Assembly: GCA_947631785.1 (NCBI GenBank) | Contig: CANRMR010000001.1 | Location: 9,022 to 73,021 of the forward strand | Length of the DNA stretch: 64,000 bases | From: an uncultured Clostridia bacterium | GTDB lineage: Bacteria; Bacillota; Clostridia; TANB77; CAG-508 | Direction: 5' to 3' | In this document: positions 9,776-18,311 of the stretch, piece after piece | Layout of the letters: every line of letters starts with the position of its first letter | How positions within the stretch are numbered: position 1 is the stretch's first letter | Made by a program: the position numbers and the translations under genes | Notes under the pieces: model-generated | What the model was told of the DNA's origin: nothing | The model's input: the letters and a program-made list of their open reading frames with translations, nothing else | Databases searched by the model: none

Positions 9776-10852
9776 ATGAAATTTATACACATTGCAGATA
9801 TGCACTTTGATATACCATTTACAACATTAAACAAAAAAGAACTAGGAAATCAAAGAAGACTAGAGCAAAGAAAAATATTTAAAGAAATAATAGAATACAT
9901 TAAACAAAATAAAGTAGATTATTTATTTATTGCCGGAGATTTATATGAACATGAATATGTAAAACAAAGCACAATAGAATATATAAATAACTTATTTTGC
10001 GAAATTCCAGATGTAAAAATATACATTACACCAGGAAATCATGATCCACTCATAAAAAATTCATATTATGCAACATACAACTGGAATGAAAATGTGCATA
10101 TATTTAAAAGTAAAATGGAAAAAATAGAAAATGAAAATATATGTATTTATGGATATGGATTTGATAATTTTTATAAAAAAGACAATGAATTAAAAAATAT
10201 AGAAAAAATAGATGAAAATAAAATTAATATATTAATTACACATGCAAATCTAGATGGATTAAAAAACAGTGAAGAAGAATATAATCCAATTTCAAAAAAA
10301 GAACTAATAGAACTTAAATTTAATTATATAGCATTAGGACATATACACAAAAAAACACAATATATTCAAGACAATATATCTATTGTTTATCCAGGTTCAC
10401 CTATGTCACTTGGGTTTGATGAAAAAGGTGAGCATGGAATGATAGTAGGTCAAATAAATGAAGAAAATAAAAAAATAGATATAGAGTTTATTAAGCTAGA
10501 TAAAAAAGAATTTGTAGAAATTAATTTAGATGTAAGTGATATAAACAATGAAGAAGAATTAATAGAAAAAATAAATGAATTAAATTTAGAAGAAAATAAA
10601 TATTATAAAATAATATTTACAGGAAATAGAAAGTTTAAAATTAATATATATAATATAGAAAAAAATATTTATAATCAAAATATTATTAAAATAAAAAATA
10701 ATACAAAAATAGAAATGGATTTTGAAAAACTAAAAAATGAAAATACATTAAAAGGAATATTTATAAAAAATATGTTAGAAAAAATAGAAAAAAATCCAGA
10801 AAAAAAAGATGAAATTTTAAAAGTATTGGAAATTGGTTTAAATGCAATGTAA
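9776..10852 (+). CDS. SbcD/YhaO-like metallophosphoesterase DNA-repair nuclease
   Basis: IHIADMHFD...AGDLYEH...PGNHDP calcineurin-like motifs. Paired with the downstream SbcC-like ATPase. Confidence 0.75.
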   Translation: MKFIHIADMHFDIPFTTLNKKELGNQRRLEQRKIFKEIIEYIKQNKVDYLFIAGDLYEHEYVKQSTIEYINNLFCEIPDVKIYITPGNHDPLIKNSYYATYNWNENVHIFKSKMEKIENENICIYGYGFDNFYKKDNELKNIEKIDENKINILITHANLDGLKNSEEEYNPISKKELIELKFNYIALGHIHKKTQYIQDNISIVYPGSPMSLGFDEKGEHGMIVGQINEENKKIDIEFIKLDKKEFVEINLDVSDINNEEELIEKINELNLEENKYYKIIFTGNRKFKINIYNIEKNIYNQNIIKIKNNTKIEMDFEKLKNENTLKGIFIKNMLEKIEKNPEKKDEILKVLEIGLNAM

Positions 10853-10901
10853 AGTTTACGCCAATTATTTTCCAATTTAAAAAAGAAAGTAGTAGGTAAA
10901 A

Positions 10902-12803
10902 ATGAAAATAAATAATTTAAAAATAAATAAATTTGGTAAATTAGAAAATAAAGAAATTAATTTAAAAAATAAAATAAATATTATTTATGGAAAAAATGAA
11001 AGTGGAAAATCTTCATTATTAGAATTTATAATATCTATGTTTTATGGTTTATCTAAAAATAAAAAAGGAAAACAAATATCTAATTTTGAAAAATATACAC
11101 CATGGGAAGAAGGAGATTTTTCTGGAAAAATATCATATGAATTAGATGATGGAAAAAAATATGAAGTATTTAGAGAATTTAAAAAGAAAAACCCAAAAAT
11201 ATATGATGAAAATTTAAATGATATTAGTAAAGAATTTAACATAGATAAAACAAAAGGAAATAATTTTTTTTATGATCAAGTAAAAATAGAAGAAGAATTA
11301 TTTTTATCTACAATAGTATCAAAACAACAAGAATTAAAACTAGAAAAAAATGTACAAAATAATTTAATACAAAAAACTGCAAATATAGTTGAAACAGGAG
11401 AAGAAAATATTTCTTTTGAAAAAATAATAAATAAATTAAATAAAAAACAAATAGAAGAAATAGGAACACAAAGAACACAAGATAGACCAATTAATAATAT
11501 AGAAAAAAAATTAAAAAAAATAAACGAAGAAAAAGAATTATTAAAAAATTATATTGAAGAAAAAAATAATATAAATAATTATAAAAATGAATTAATAAAA
11601 AAAATAAATAAAAAAGAAATTAAATTAGAATTAATTAAAAATATAAAAAAAATAAATGAAGAAAATAATTTAAAAAATGAAAAAATAAATATTAATAAAA
11701 ATTATTTAAATAATTATGAAGAAAAAATAAAAGAAAAAAATAATGAATTAAATAAAATAAAAGAAATAAAAATAGAAAATAAAAAAATAAAAAATAATTT
11801 TTTAAAAAATATAATAATTCCTATTTTATTTATTTTAATTAATTTAATTTTATTTATTTTTTTAAAAAATATAATTATAAATTGTATAGGCATTTTAATA
11901 TTATTTATTTATTTAATATTTATTTATAAAAATAATAAAAAAATAAAATTAAAAATAAAAGAAGAAGAAAAAATAAAAAATAAAATAATAGAAAATAAAA
12001 ATAAATTAGAAGAAGAAATAGAAGAATTAAAAAAAGAAAAAATAAAAAAACAAGAAGAAATAAAATTAGAAGAAGAAAAACAAAATGTAGAAAATAAATT
12101 AGAAAAAGAAAAAATAAAAAATAATTATTTAAATAAAATAGAAGAAAATGAAATAAATAATTTAATAAATAATATTAATATAAATTATTTATTAGAAAAT
12201 GAACAAAACGAATTAAATGAATTAAAATTAAATATTCATAAATTAGAATTAGAAGAAAAAAATATTTTAAATAATTTAGAAAAATTATCTGAATTAGAAG
12301 AAGAACAAAAAAATTTAGAAGAAAAATATGAAGAATTAGAAAAAGAAAATAAATATATTAATATGGCAAAAGAAGAAATAGAAAAAGCATATATAGAAAT
12401 GAAAGAAAAAATTTCACCAAAATTTACAAAAGAATTATCTTCAAATATTAGTAAAATAACAAATGGAAAATACACTAATGTAAAAATAAATGATGATGGA
12501 ATAATAACAGTAGAAACAAAAAATGGAAATTATACAATATTAGATACATTAAGTGTAGGTACAATAGAGCAATTATATTTATCACTAAGGCTAAGTTTTA
12601 TAGAAGATATATCAAACGAAAAAATGCCAATAATGTTAGACGAAGCATTTGCATTTTATGATGATGAAAGATTAGAAAGTATACTAAATTATTTAAATAA
12701 AAAATATGAAAATAGACAGATATTATTATTTACTTGTACGAATAGAGAAAAAGAAATTTTAGATAGGCAAAAAATACCTTACAATTTTGTAGAAATAAAT
12801 TAA
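10902..12803 (+). CDS. SbcC/YhaN-like AAA/SMC-type ATPase with a central TM segment and a K/E/N-rich coiled coil
   Basis: N-terminal Walker A GKNESGKSS; C-terminal signature/Walker B (LSVGTIEQ...MLDEAFAFYD). The internal hydrophobic stretch IIIPILFILINLILF resembles Bacillus YhaN. Confidence 0.65.
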   Translation: MKINNLKINKFGKLENKEINLKNKINIIYGKNESGKSSLLEFIISMFYGLSKNKKGKQISNFEKYTPWEEGDFSGKISYELDDGKKYEVFREFKKKNPKIYDENLNDISKEFNIDKTKGNNFFYDQVKIEEELFLSTIVSKQQELKLEKNVQNNLIQKTANIVETGEENISFEKIINKLNKKQIEEIGTQRTQDRPINNIEKKLKKINEEKELLKNYIEEKNNINNYKNELIKKINKKEIKLELIKNIKKINEENNLKNEKININKNYLNNYEEKIKEKNNELNKIKEIKIENKKIKNNFLKNIIIPILFILINLILFIFLKNIIINCIGILILFIYLIFIYKNNKKIKLKIKEEEKIKNKIIENKNKLEEEIEELKKEKIKKQEEIKLEEEKQNVENKLEKEKIKNNYLNKIEENEINNLINNININYLLENEQNELNELKLNIHKLELEEKNILNNLEKLSELEEEQKNLEEKYEELEKENKYINMAKEEIEKAYIEMKEKISPKFTKELSSNISKITNGKYTNVKINDDGIITVETKNGNYTILDTLSVGTIEQLYLSLRLSFIEDISNEKMPIMLDEAFAFYDDERLESILNYLNKKYENRQILLFTCTNREKEILDRQKIPYNFVEIN

Positions 12804-13063
12804 AGTTACTAGTTAATGGTTTTATATTTAATAAAACTACAAAAGCTAGCCATATTTGGTGTAGGGGCGATTTTAATCGCCCGCCACTTCAAAGAATTTT
12901 CTTAATAAATATTATGTATAAAAATATATATAAATTTTTTATAAAATTGTTTTATATCAAAAAAATTATATAGGTCATGCCTAACATTGGTCTTCGGGCG
13001 ATTAAAATCGCCCCTACAGCTTTACATGTTAAACATCCGATAGTAATAAGACCATTATCCTGT
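12804..13063. mobile_element. ~260-bp MITE-like non-coding element, copy A. It has ~20-bp imperfect terminal inverted repeats (ttactagttaatggtttt...) and GC-rich subterminal hairpins (ggggcgattttaatcgccc / gggcgattaaaatcgcccc)
   Basis: ~90% identical to 46820-47079. No ORF inside. Its ends are the reverse complement of each other. Confidence 0.7.
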
Positions 13064-13094
13064 AACAAATTAAAAAATTAATCTTAAATAGCTA

Positions 13095-13123
13095 TTGAAA
13101 AATAGCTATTTTTTGTGTATAAT
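13095..13123 (+). promoter_or_regulatory. SigA-type promoter upstream of prfA
   Basis: TTGAAA, then a 17-nt spacer, then TATAAT. Preceded by the AT-rich hairpin aaatagctatt-gaaaa-atagctatttttt. Confidence 0.55.
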
Positions 13124-13158
13124 GTATAAGTATTATAAAAGAAAAGTGAGGGACATTT

Positions 13159-14217
13159 ATGTTTCAAAAATTAGAAGATGTAGAAAAAAAATATGAAGAG
13201 TTGACACAAAAAATTAGTGATCCAAATGTAATTGCTCAAAATAAAGAATGGCAAAAACTTATGAAGGAACATTCAGATATGACTCCAATTGTAGAAAAAT
13301 ATAGAGAATATAAAAAAACAAGTAAACAAATAGAAGATGCAAAGGCTATGTTAGATGATCCAGAATTAAAAGAACTTGCGGAAATAGATATTATGGAAGC
13401 AAAAGAAAAACTTCCACAAATAGAAGAAGAACTTAAAATATTATTAATTCCAAAAGACGTAAATGATGACAAAAACATTATATGTGAAATAAGAGCTGGT
13501 GCAGGAGGAGAAGAAGCAGCATTATTTGCAGGGGATTTGTTTAGAATGTATTCGATGTATGCAGAAAGAAAACATTGGAAAATAGAAGTATTAAATGAAA
13601 ATGAAACAGGAATTGGAGGATATAAAGAAATATCTTTCATGGTAACAGGAAAAGGAGCATATAGCAGATTAAAATTTGAAAGTGGCGTTCATAGAGTACA
13701 AAGAGTTCCAGATACAGAAAGTAGTGGAAGAATACATACATCAACAGCTACGGTAGCAGTACTTCCAGTTGTTGAAGATGTTGAAGTGGAAATTAATCCA
13801 GCAGATATAAAAATGGATGTATATAGGGCTTCGGGCGCTGGAGGACAGCATGTAAATAAAACATCATCAGCCGTAAGGTTAACACATATTCCAACAGGAA
13901 TAGTTGCAGAATGTCAAACCGAAAGATCACAAGTACAAAATAGAGAATATGCTATGAGGCTACTTATGTCTAGGTTATACGAAATGCAGCAAAAAGAGCA
14001 AGATGAAAAACTTGCAAATGAAAGAAAAAGTCAAGTAGGATCAGGAGATAGAAGTGAAAAAATAAGAACATACAACTATCCACAAGGTAGAATTACAGAC
14101 CATAGAATAGGGCTTAGTATATTCCAATTTGAAGACTTCTTAAATGGTAACTTAGATGAAATGATAGATAGTTTAATTACGGCAGATAGAGCAGAAAAAC
14201 TAAAAGGAGAAGAATAA
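13159..14217 (+). CDS. prfA: Peptide chain release factor 1
   Basis: 352 aa. GGQ motif [18 protein letters not shown], and an RF1-type N-terminus [15 protein letters not shown]. Confidence 0.9.
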   Translation: MFQKLEDVEKKYEELTQKISDPNVIAQNKEWQKLMKEHSDMTPIVEKYREYKKTSKQIEDAKAMLDDPELKELAEIDIMEAKEKLPQIEEELKILLIPKDVNDDKNIICEIRAGAGGEEAALFAGDLFRMYSMYAERKHWKIEVLNENETGIGGYKEISFMVTGKGAYSRLKFESGVHRVQRVPDTESSGRIHTSTATVAVLPVVEDVEVEINPADIKMDVYRASGAGGQHVNKTSSAVRLTHIPTGIVAECQTERSQVQNREYAMRLLMSRLYEMQQKEQDEKLANERKSQVGSGDRSEKIRTYNYPQGRITDHRIGLSIFQFEDFLNGNLDEMIDSLITADRAEKLKGEE

Positions 14218-14304
14218 AGCATAGTTTTAACGTCTTTTTATATTATAGAAAATTTTTAAAATTTATAAAAATCTTTTATAATAAATAAATAGGAGAGTTT
14301 AAGG

Positions 14305-14634
14305 ATGAATGAATTTAAAGTAATAGAAGTAATGAATGAAGCAATGATAGAAATGTTGAAGGAAAAAAATAAAAATTATGAAAAAAATATAAAAATTAAA
14401 CAATACTTAAAAGATGAAGCTTTTTTCTTTAAAAATAATAAAGATAAATCATATGAAGTATTAGAAGATATAGGGGTTAAACAAGATAAAATAGATGAAT
14501 GTTATAAAAAATTGACATCTTTAAATATGTTTTATGAACTATTACGTAAAGGAAAAATAAATCAGAACGATAAAAATTTAGTAATAAAATATGAAACCAA
14601 TAATAATAAAGATATATTTAAAAAATCAAAATAA
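14305..14634 (+). CDS. Hypothetical small protein (109 aa) preceding the tandem paralogs
   Basis: Intact ORF, no recognisable motif. It forms a three-gene block together with 14651 and 15688. Confidence 0.4.
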   Translation: MNEFKVIEVMNEAMIEMLKEKNKNYEKNIKIKQYLKDEAFFFKNNKDKSYEVLEDIGVKQDKIDECYKKLTSLNMFYELLRKGKINQNDKNLVIKYETNNNKDIFKKSK

Positions 14635-14650
14635 TAAAAAGGAAAAGAAA

Positions 14651-15664
14651 ATGAAAGATGAATATATAAAAAAATTTTATAATGAAATATGTAATTCTTT
14701 AGACGGAAATTACAAAATAATATTAGAGCCAAAAAGAAACCTAAAAGAAGATTGGATTGAATATGATCAAGTAAAATGGGATTTAGAAGAAGAGCTTCAA
14801 ACATTAGTAAATAAACTATTACAAGATAAAACTTTAACTTTTGAAGAAAAAATTATAGAAGTATATAAATTTATATGTTTAAAATACATATATGATGATA
14901 ATGTGTTGTTTTTCTTTAGAAAAGACACAAGTGATATTGAAAATATAAAGTATATAGCTGTGGATTGGTATGGAAGAATAGTAGATGATAGTTGGAAAGA
15001 AAATCGAAAAAAACACAATAGAAGAATATGCTATGAATTTGCTAGATATTATGCAAAAGCAATAAATGAATTATTAGATGGAAATGAAAACTTAGAAGCC
15101 TGTATGATTGGAGATAAAGAAAATACACATTATGTTGTAGGACTAACAGGAAAAGAATATAGTGCTATTTTAGATTTAGATGATTTTAATAAAATAAAAG
15201 ACTTAACAAGATTAAAACTTGGTTTAACAATTAAGGGGATAAACATATTAAGAGATGAAACTGGAAAACTTCAAGCTGCAGTCGATAATTTTAATAAAGA
15301 CAGGTTAAATGATTTATTAGAAGTAGAAAAAGCAAAAAATGATTTAAAATCAAAGAGCATTATTAAATATTTTAGCAAAATTGTAGAAATCTTAAATTCT
15401 TATAATATAGATTCACAAGGATTTATGGAATACATGAGATCTATAGTTGAAGCAGAAGAAATTGAAATTGAAAAAGTTTGGAAAGAAGTTAAGGGCGGAC
15501 CAGAAAAAAGATATGTTAGATGTTTAATATTTGAATTTGAAGCAAAGATGTATTTAATAGATAGTGTTGAGCAAACATTAAGTCAGATAAATAAGGAAAG
15601 TCTAGATAAAAATATATTTATATTTAATCCGGAAGAAAATGAATATGCTTATTATGGTGGATAA
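14651..15664 (+). CDS. Putative transglutaminase/papain-like cysteine peptidase-fold protein, paralog 1
   Basis: Start ATG 14651 after RBS aaaggaaaag. Candidate triad Cys (HNRRICYEFARYYA), then His 45 aa later (THYVVGL), then Asp 13 aa further on (AILDLDD). This is the spacing expected for the TGase-like fold. ~40% identical to the downstream paralog. Confidence 0.45.
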   Translation: MKDEYIKKFYNEICNSLDGNYKIILEPKRNLKEDWIEYDQVKWDLEEELQTLVNKLLQDKTLTFEEKIIEVYKFICLKYIYDDNVLFFFRKDTSDIENIKYIAVDWYGRIVDDSWKENRKKHNRRICYEFARYYAKAINELLDGNENLEACMIGDKENTHYVVGLTGKEYSAILDLDDFNKIKDLTRLKLGLTIKGINILRDETGKLQAAVDNFNKDRLNDLLEVEKAKNDLKSKSIIKYFSKIVEILNSYNIDSQGFMEYMRSIVEAEEIEIEKVWKEVKGGPEKRYVRCLIFEFEAKMYLIDSVEQTLSQINKESLDKNIFIFNPEENEYAYYGG

Positions 15665-15687
15665 ATATATTATACAAGGAGAATTAG

Positions 15688-16779
15688 ATGAGTAAAAATG
15701 TAAAAAAAATTATAAAATTAAATGAATTAGTATCATTATCTTTACATAGAAAACATACAATTGTTTTAAATCCAGAAGGAAGAAAAGATATAGAAGATTT
15801 AGATGAAGATATAGTATATGATAAAAGAGAATGGAAAATATCAGATGAATATCAAACATATATTAATGAATTAATTAAAAATAAAAATTATAGTACAGAA
15901 GACAAAATTCTTAAAGTTTATGAAAAAATAGGACTTGATTATATATATGATGACAATTTAATATCATATATAAAAAAGGTTGATGATGATATATTTACTT
16001 TACCAGAGTGGTATGGAAGAGATATAGATGATAAATGGGAGGAAAACAGGGAAACACATAACAGAAGAATTTGTTATGAGCTTTCTAGGTATCTTGCGAA
16101 ATCTCTAACAGAATTATTAAAAAATGATGAAAATTATAGTGTTTGTATACATTGGAATAAAGAACTTACACATTATTTTGTAGGACTAATTTGCAATGAT
16201 TATTGTATTACTTTAGATCCAGATGATTTTTTTAATATTAAAGATTTAACACGTTTAAAGACAGGATTAACTGTAGAAGGTATAAAAATTTTAGTAGATA
16301 AAGGAAATAAATTTGGTAATGCTCTTAAAAAATTTAATGAAGGTAAAAGTAAACATGCTATAAAAAAATTAGAACATGAATTAGAAGAAGATAGCTTATC
16401 TTATTCTATTAACGAAGACGAAGAGGTAAAAGAAAGTGAAGATGTTATTTTTTTAAAAAAAGCGGTCGAAATTTTAGCTGGTGATAAATATAAACTAGAT
16501 TCACAAGGAATATTTGAATATATGAAAGAAGTTATTGATATTAAATATGGATCAGATAAAAGAGAAAAAATATGGAAAGAAATTCATGGAACATCTAATG
16601 AATCTAAACGATATATAAGGTCACTTATAGTAAATATTGATAATAAAAAAATATTAATAGATGTTGATAAAAAAGAAGTACGTGCATTTGACGAAAAAGA
16701 ATTTGAAATTAAAAGACCAGTTTACATACGATATAATGATTTAAATAGAAATCAACATGACTTCTATAACGGAAAATAA
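15688..16779 (+). CDS. Putative transglutaminase/papain-like cysteine peptidase-fold protein, paralog 2
   Basis: HNRRICYELSRYLAK / THYFVGL / TLDPDD in the same spacing as paralog 1. Shared blocks DLTRLK.GLT..GI.IL and DSQG..EYM. Confidence 0.45.
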   Translation: MSKNVKKIIKLNELVSLSLHRKHTIVLNPEGRKDIEDLDEDIVYDKREWKISDEYQTYINELIKNKNYSTEDKILKVYEKIGLDYIYDDNLISYIKKVDDDIFTLPEWYGRDIDDKWEENRETHNRRICYELSRYLAKSLTELLKNDENYSVCIHWNKELTHYFVGLICNDYCITLDPDDFFNIKDLTRLKTGLTVEGIKILVDKGNKFGNALKKFNEGKSKHAIKKLEHELEEDSLSYSINEDEEVKESEDVIFLKKAVEILAGDKYKLDSQGIFEYMKEVIDIKYGSDKREKIWKEIHGTSNESKRYIRSLIVNIDNKKILIDVDKKEVRAFDEKEFEIKRPVYIRYNDLNRNQHDFYNGK

Positions 16780-16792
16780 ATTGAATAAAAAG

Positions 16793-16870
16793 GATTGGAA
16801 AGAAAGTACAAATCTTCCAGTCTTTTTTTACCTAATAGGAAATTTCTCCGAAATTCCTATTAGATAAAAA
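16793..16870. terminator. Two consecutive hairpins (bidirectional terminator region) between the paralog block and zupT
   Basis: ggattggaag...cttccagtc followed by TTTTTTT, then ctaataggaaattt-ctccg-aaattcctattag. Confidence 0.55.
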
Positions 16871-16962
16871 TATTATAGTCTTATATTTAAATGCAAAAAG
16901 AATAAAAAAGAAACTTCAAAAATAAACTTATAATAAAGTTTAAAATAAAAGGAGTTTTTAAT

Positions 16963-17706
16963 TTGGAAAATATCATAAATACTACAATATTAGGTTTATT
17001 TTTTGGAACATTTGGAACAACACTAGGAGGAATAATAGGTGTTAAATTTAAAAACACCTCAAAAAAATTTTTGAGTTTTGTACTATCACTTGCGTCAGGG
17101 TTAATGATATCAATAGTATGTTTTGACTTAGTACCAGAAGCAATGGAAATAGGAAAATTTTCTAACATGATATTAGGGGTAATATTTGGAATTGCAACAA
17201 TGATAATATGTGATGTAGCAGTACAAAAAAAATTTAGTACAAATCCTAAACATAAAAACAATACAAATAGCTTACTAAAAACTGGCATAATAGTAAGCGT
17301 AGGATTGGCACTACATAACTTTCCAGAAGGGCTTGCAATAGGAAGTGGGTTTGAAGCATCGGTAAAACTAGGATATAGCTTAGCACTTGCAATAGCTTTG
17401 CACGATATACCAGAAGGTATATCTATGGCAGTACCAATGAAAAATGGTGGTATGAAAGCATCAAAAGTAATAATATATGTAATATTATCAGGAATAACAA
17501 CTGGAATAGGAGCATTTTTTGGAGCAATAGTTGGAAACATATCAAAAGAAGTAATAAGTATGTGTTTAGCATTTGCAGCAGGAGCAATGCTATACATAGT
17601 ATCAGGAGAATTAATACCAGAATCAAACAAATTATACAAAGGAAGAATGAGTGCAATAGGTAATATAATAGGATTTTTACTAGGGATACTAGCAACACAA
17701 ATATAA
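16963..17706 (+). CDS. zupT: ZIP-family divalent metal transporter
   Basis: GLALHNFPEGLAIG and ALHDIPEGISMAVP ZIP signatures. TTG start with RBS aaaggag. Confidence 0.8.
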   Translation: MENIINTTILGLFFGTFGTTLGGIIGVKFKNTSKKFLSFVLSLASGLMISIVCFDLVPEAMEIGKFSNMILGVIFGIATMIICDVAVQKKFSTNPKHKNNTNSLLKTGIIVSVGLALHNFPEGLAIGSGFEASVKLGYSLALAIALHDIPEGISMAVPMKNGGMKASKVIIYVILSGITTGIGAFFGAIVGNISKEVISMCLAFAAGAMLYIVSGELIPESNKLYKGRMSAIGNIIGFLLGILATQI

Positions 17707-17787
17707 AATATTGAAAAAAATATTAATTTAATATTTTGTATTGAAAAAAATTATTAAATATAGTATAGTTACAAACAGGTGATAAAA

Positions 17788-18255
17788 ATGAAAGTAATGT
17801 TTATTTGCACAGGAAACATATGTAGAAGTGCTATGGCAGAGGCAATGCTTAAAGATAAAATAGAAAAAAATGATAAATTAAAAGGAAAAATAGAAGTTTG
17901 TTCTGCTGGAACATTTGCAAGTACAGGAGATACATCTACCTATTCTGCAATAGAAGTAATGGATGAATATGGTATTAATTTAACATTGCATAGAGCAACA
18001 AATGTTAATGAATCTAATATTTTGCAAATGGATGTAATTTTATGTGCTACAACATCACACAAAAATATGCTAATTAATATGTATCCAAATTTGAAAGAAA
18101 GAATATATACAATGAAAGAATATGTTGGATTTGATAAAAACGATTTGGATATTAAAGATCCTTGGGGATATGGTATAGAGGTTTATAGGGTATGTGCTGC
18201 CGAAATTGAAAAGTGCATTGATTTAATGATTGATAAATGGATACAAGAACTTTAA
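17788..18255 (+). CDS. Low-molecular-weight protein tyrosine/arginine phosphatase (YwlE-like)
   Basis: VMFICTGNICRSAMAE is a CX5R P-loop; a DPWG-type acid loop is also present. Confidence 0.8.
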   Translation: MKVMFICTGNICRSAMAEAMLKDKIEKNDKLKGKIEVCSAGTFASTGDTSTYSAIEVMDEYGINLTLHRATNVNESNILQMDVILCATTSHKNMLINMYPNLKERIYTMKEYVGFDKNDLDIKDPWGYGIEVYRVCAAEIEKCIDLMIDKWIQEL

Positions 18256-18311
18256 AAAATAAATGCTTGGGCAAAAATATATAAATTCGCAAAAAAGAAA
18301 GAGGAAAAAAT

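Noticed and set aside
11500-12400. Highly repetitive A/K/E-rich DNA that could be mistaken for tandem repeats or a CRISPR array
   Set aside because: It sits inside the intact sbcC/YhaN-like ORF and encodes coiled-coil low-complexity sequence. It has no regular repeat-spacer periodicity
14591-14650. N-terminal extension of paralog 1 overlapping the 109-aa ORF
   Set aside because: The RBS and ATG at 14651 give a start homologous to paralog 2. The extension is a frame overlap with the preceding gene
16887-17639. 250-aa minus-strand ORF overlapping zupT
   Set aside because: It is antisense to a ZIP transporter with clear motifs. It is a hydrophobic shadow ORF with no RBS and no motifs
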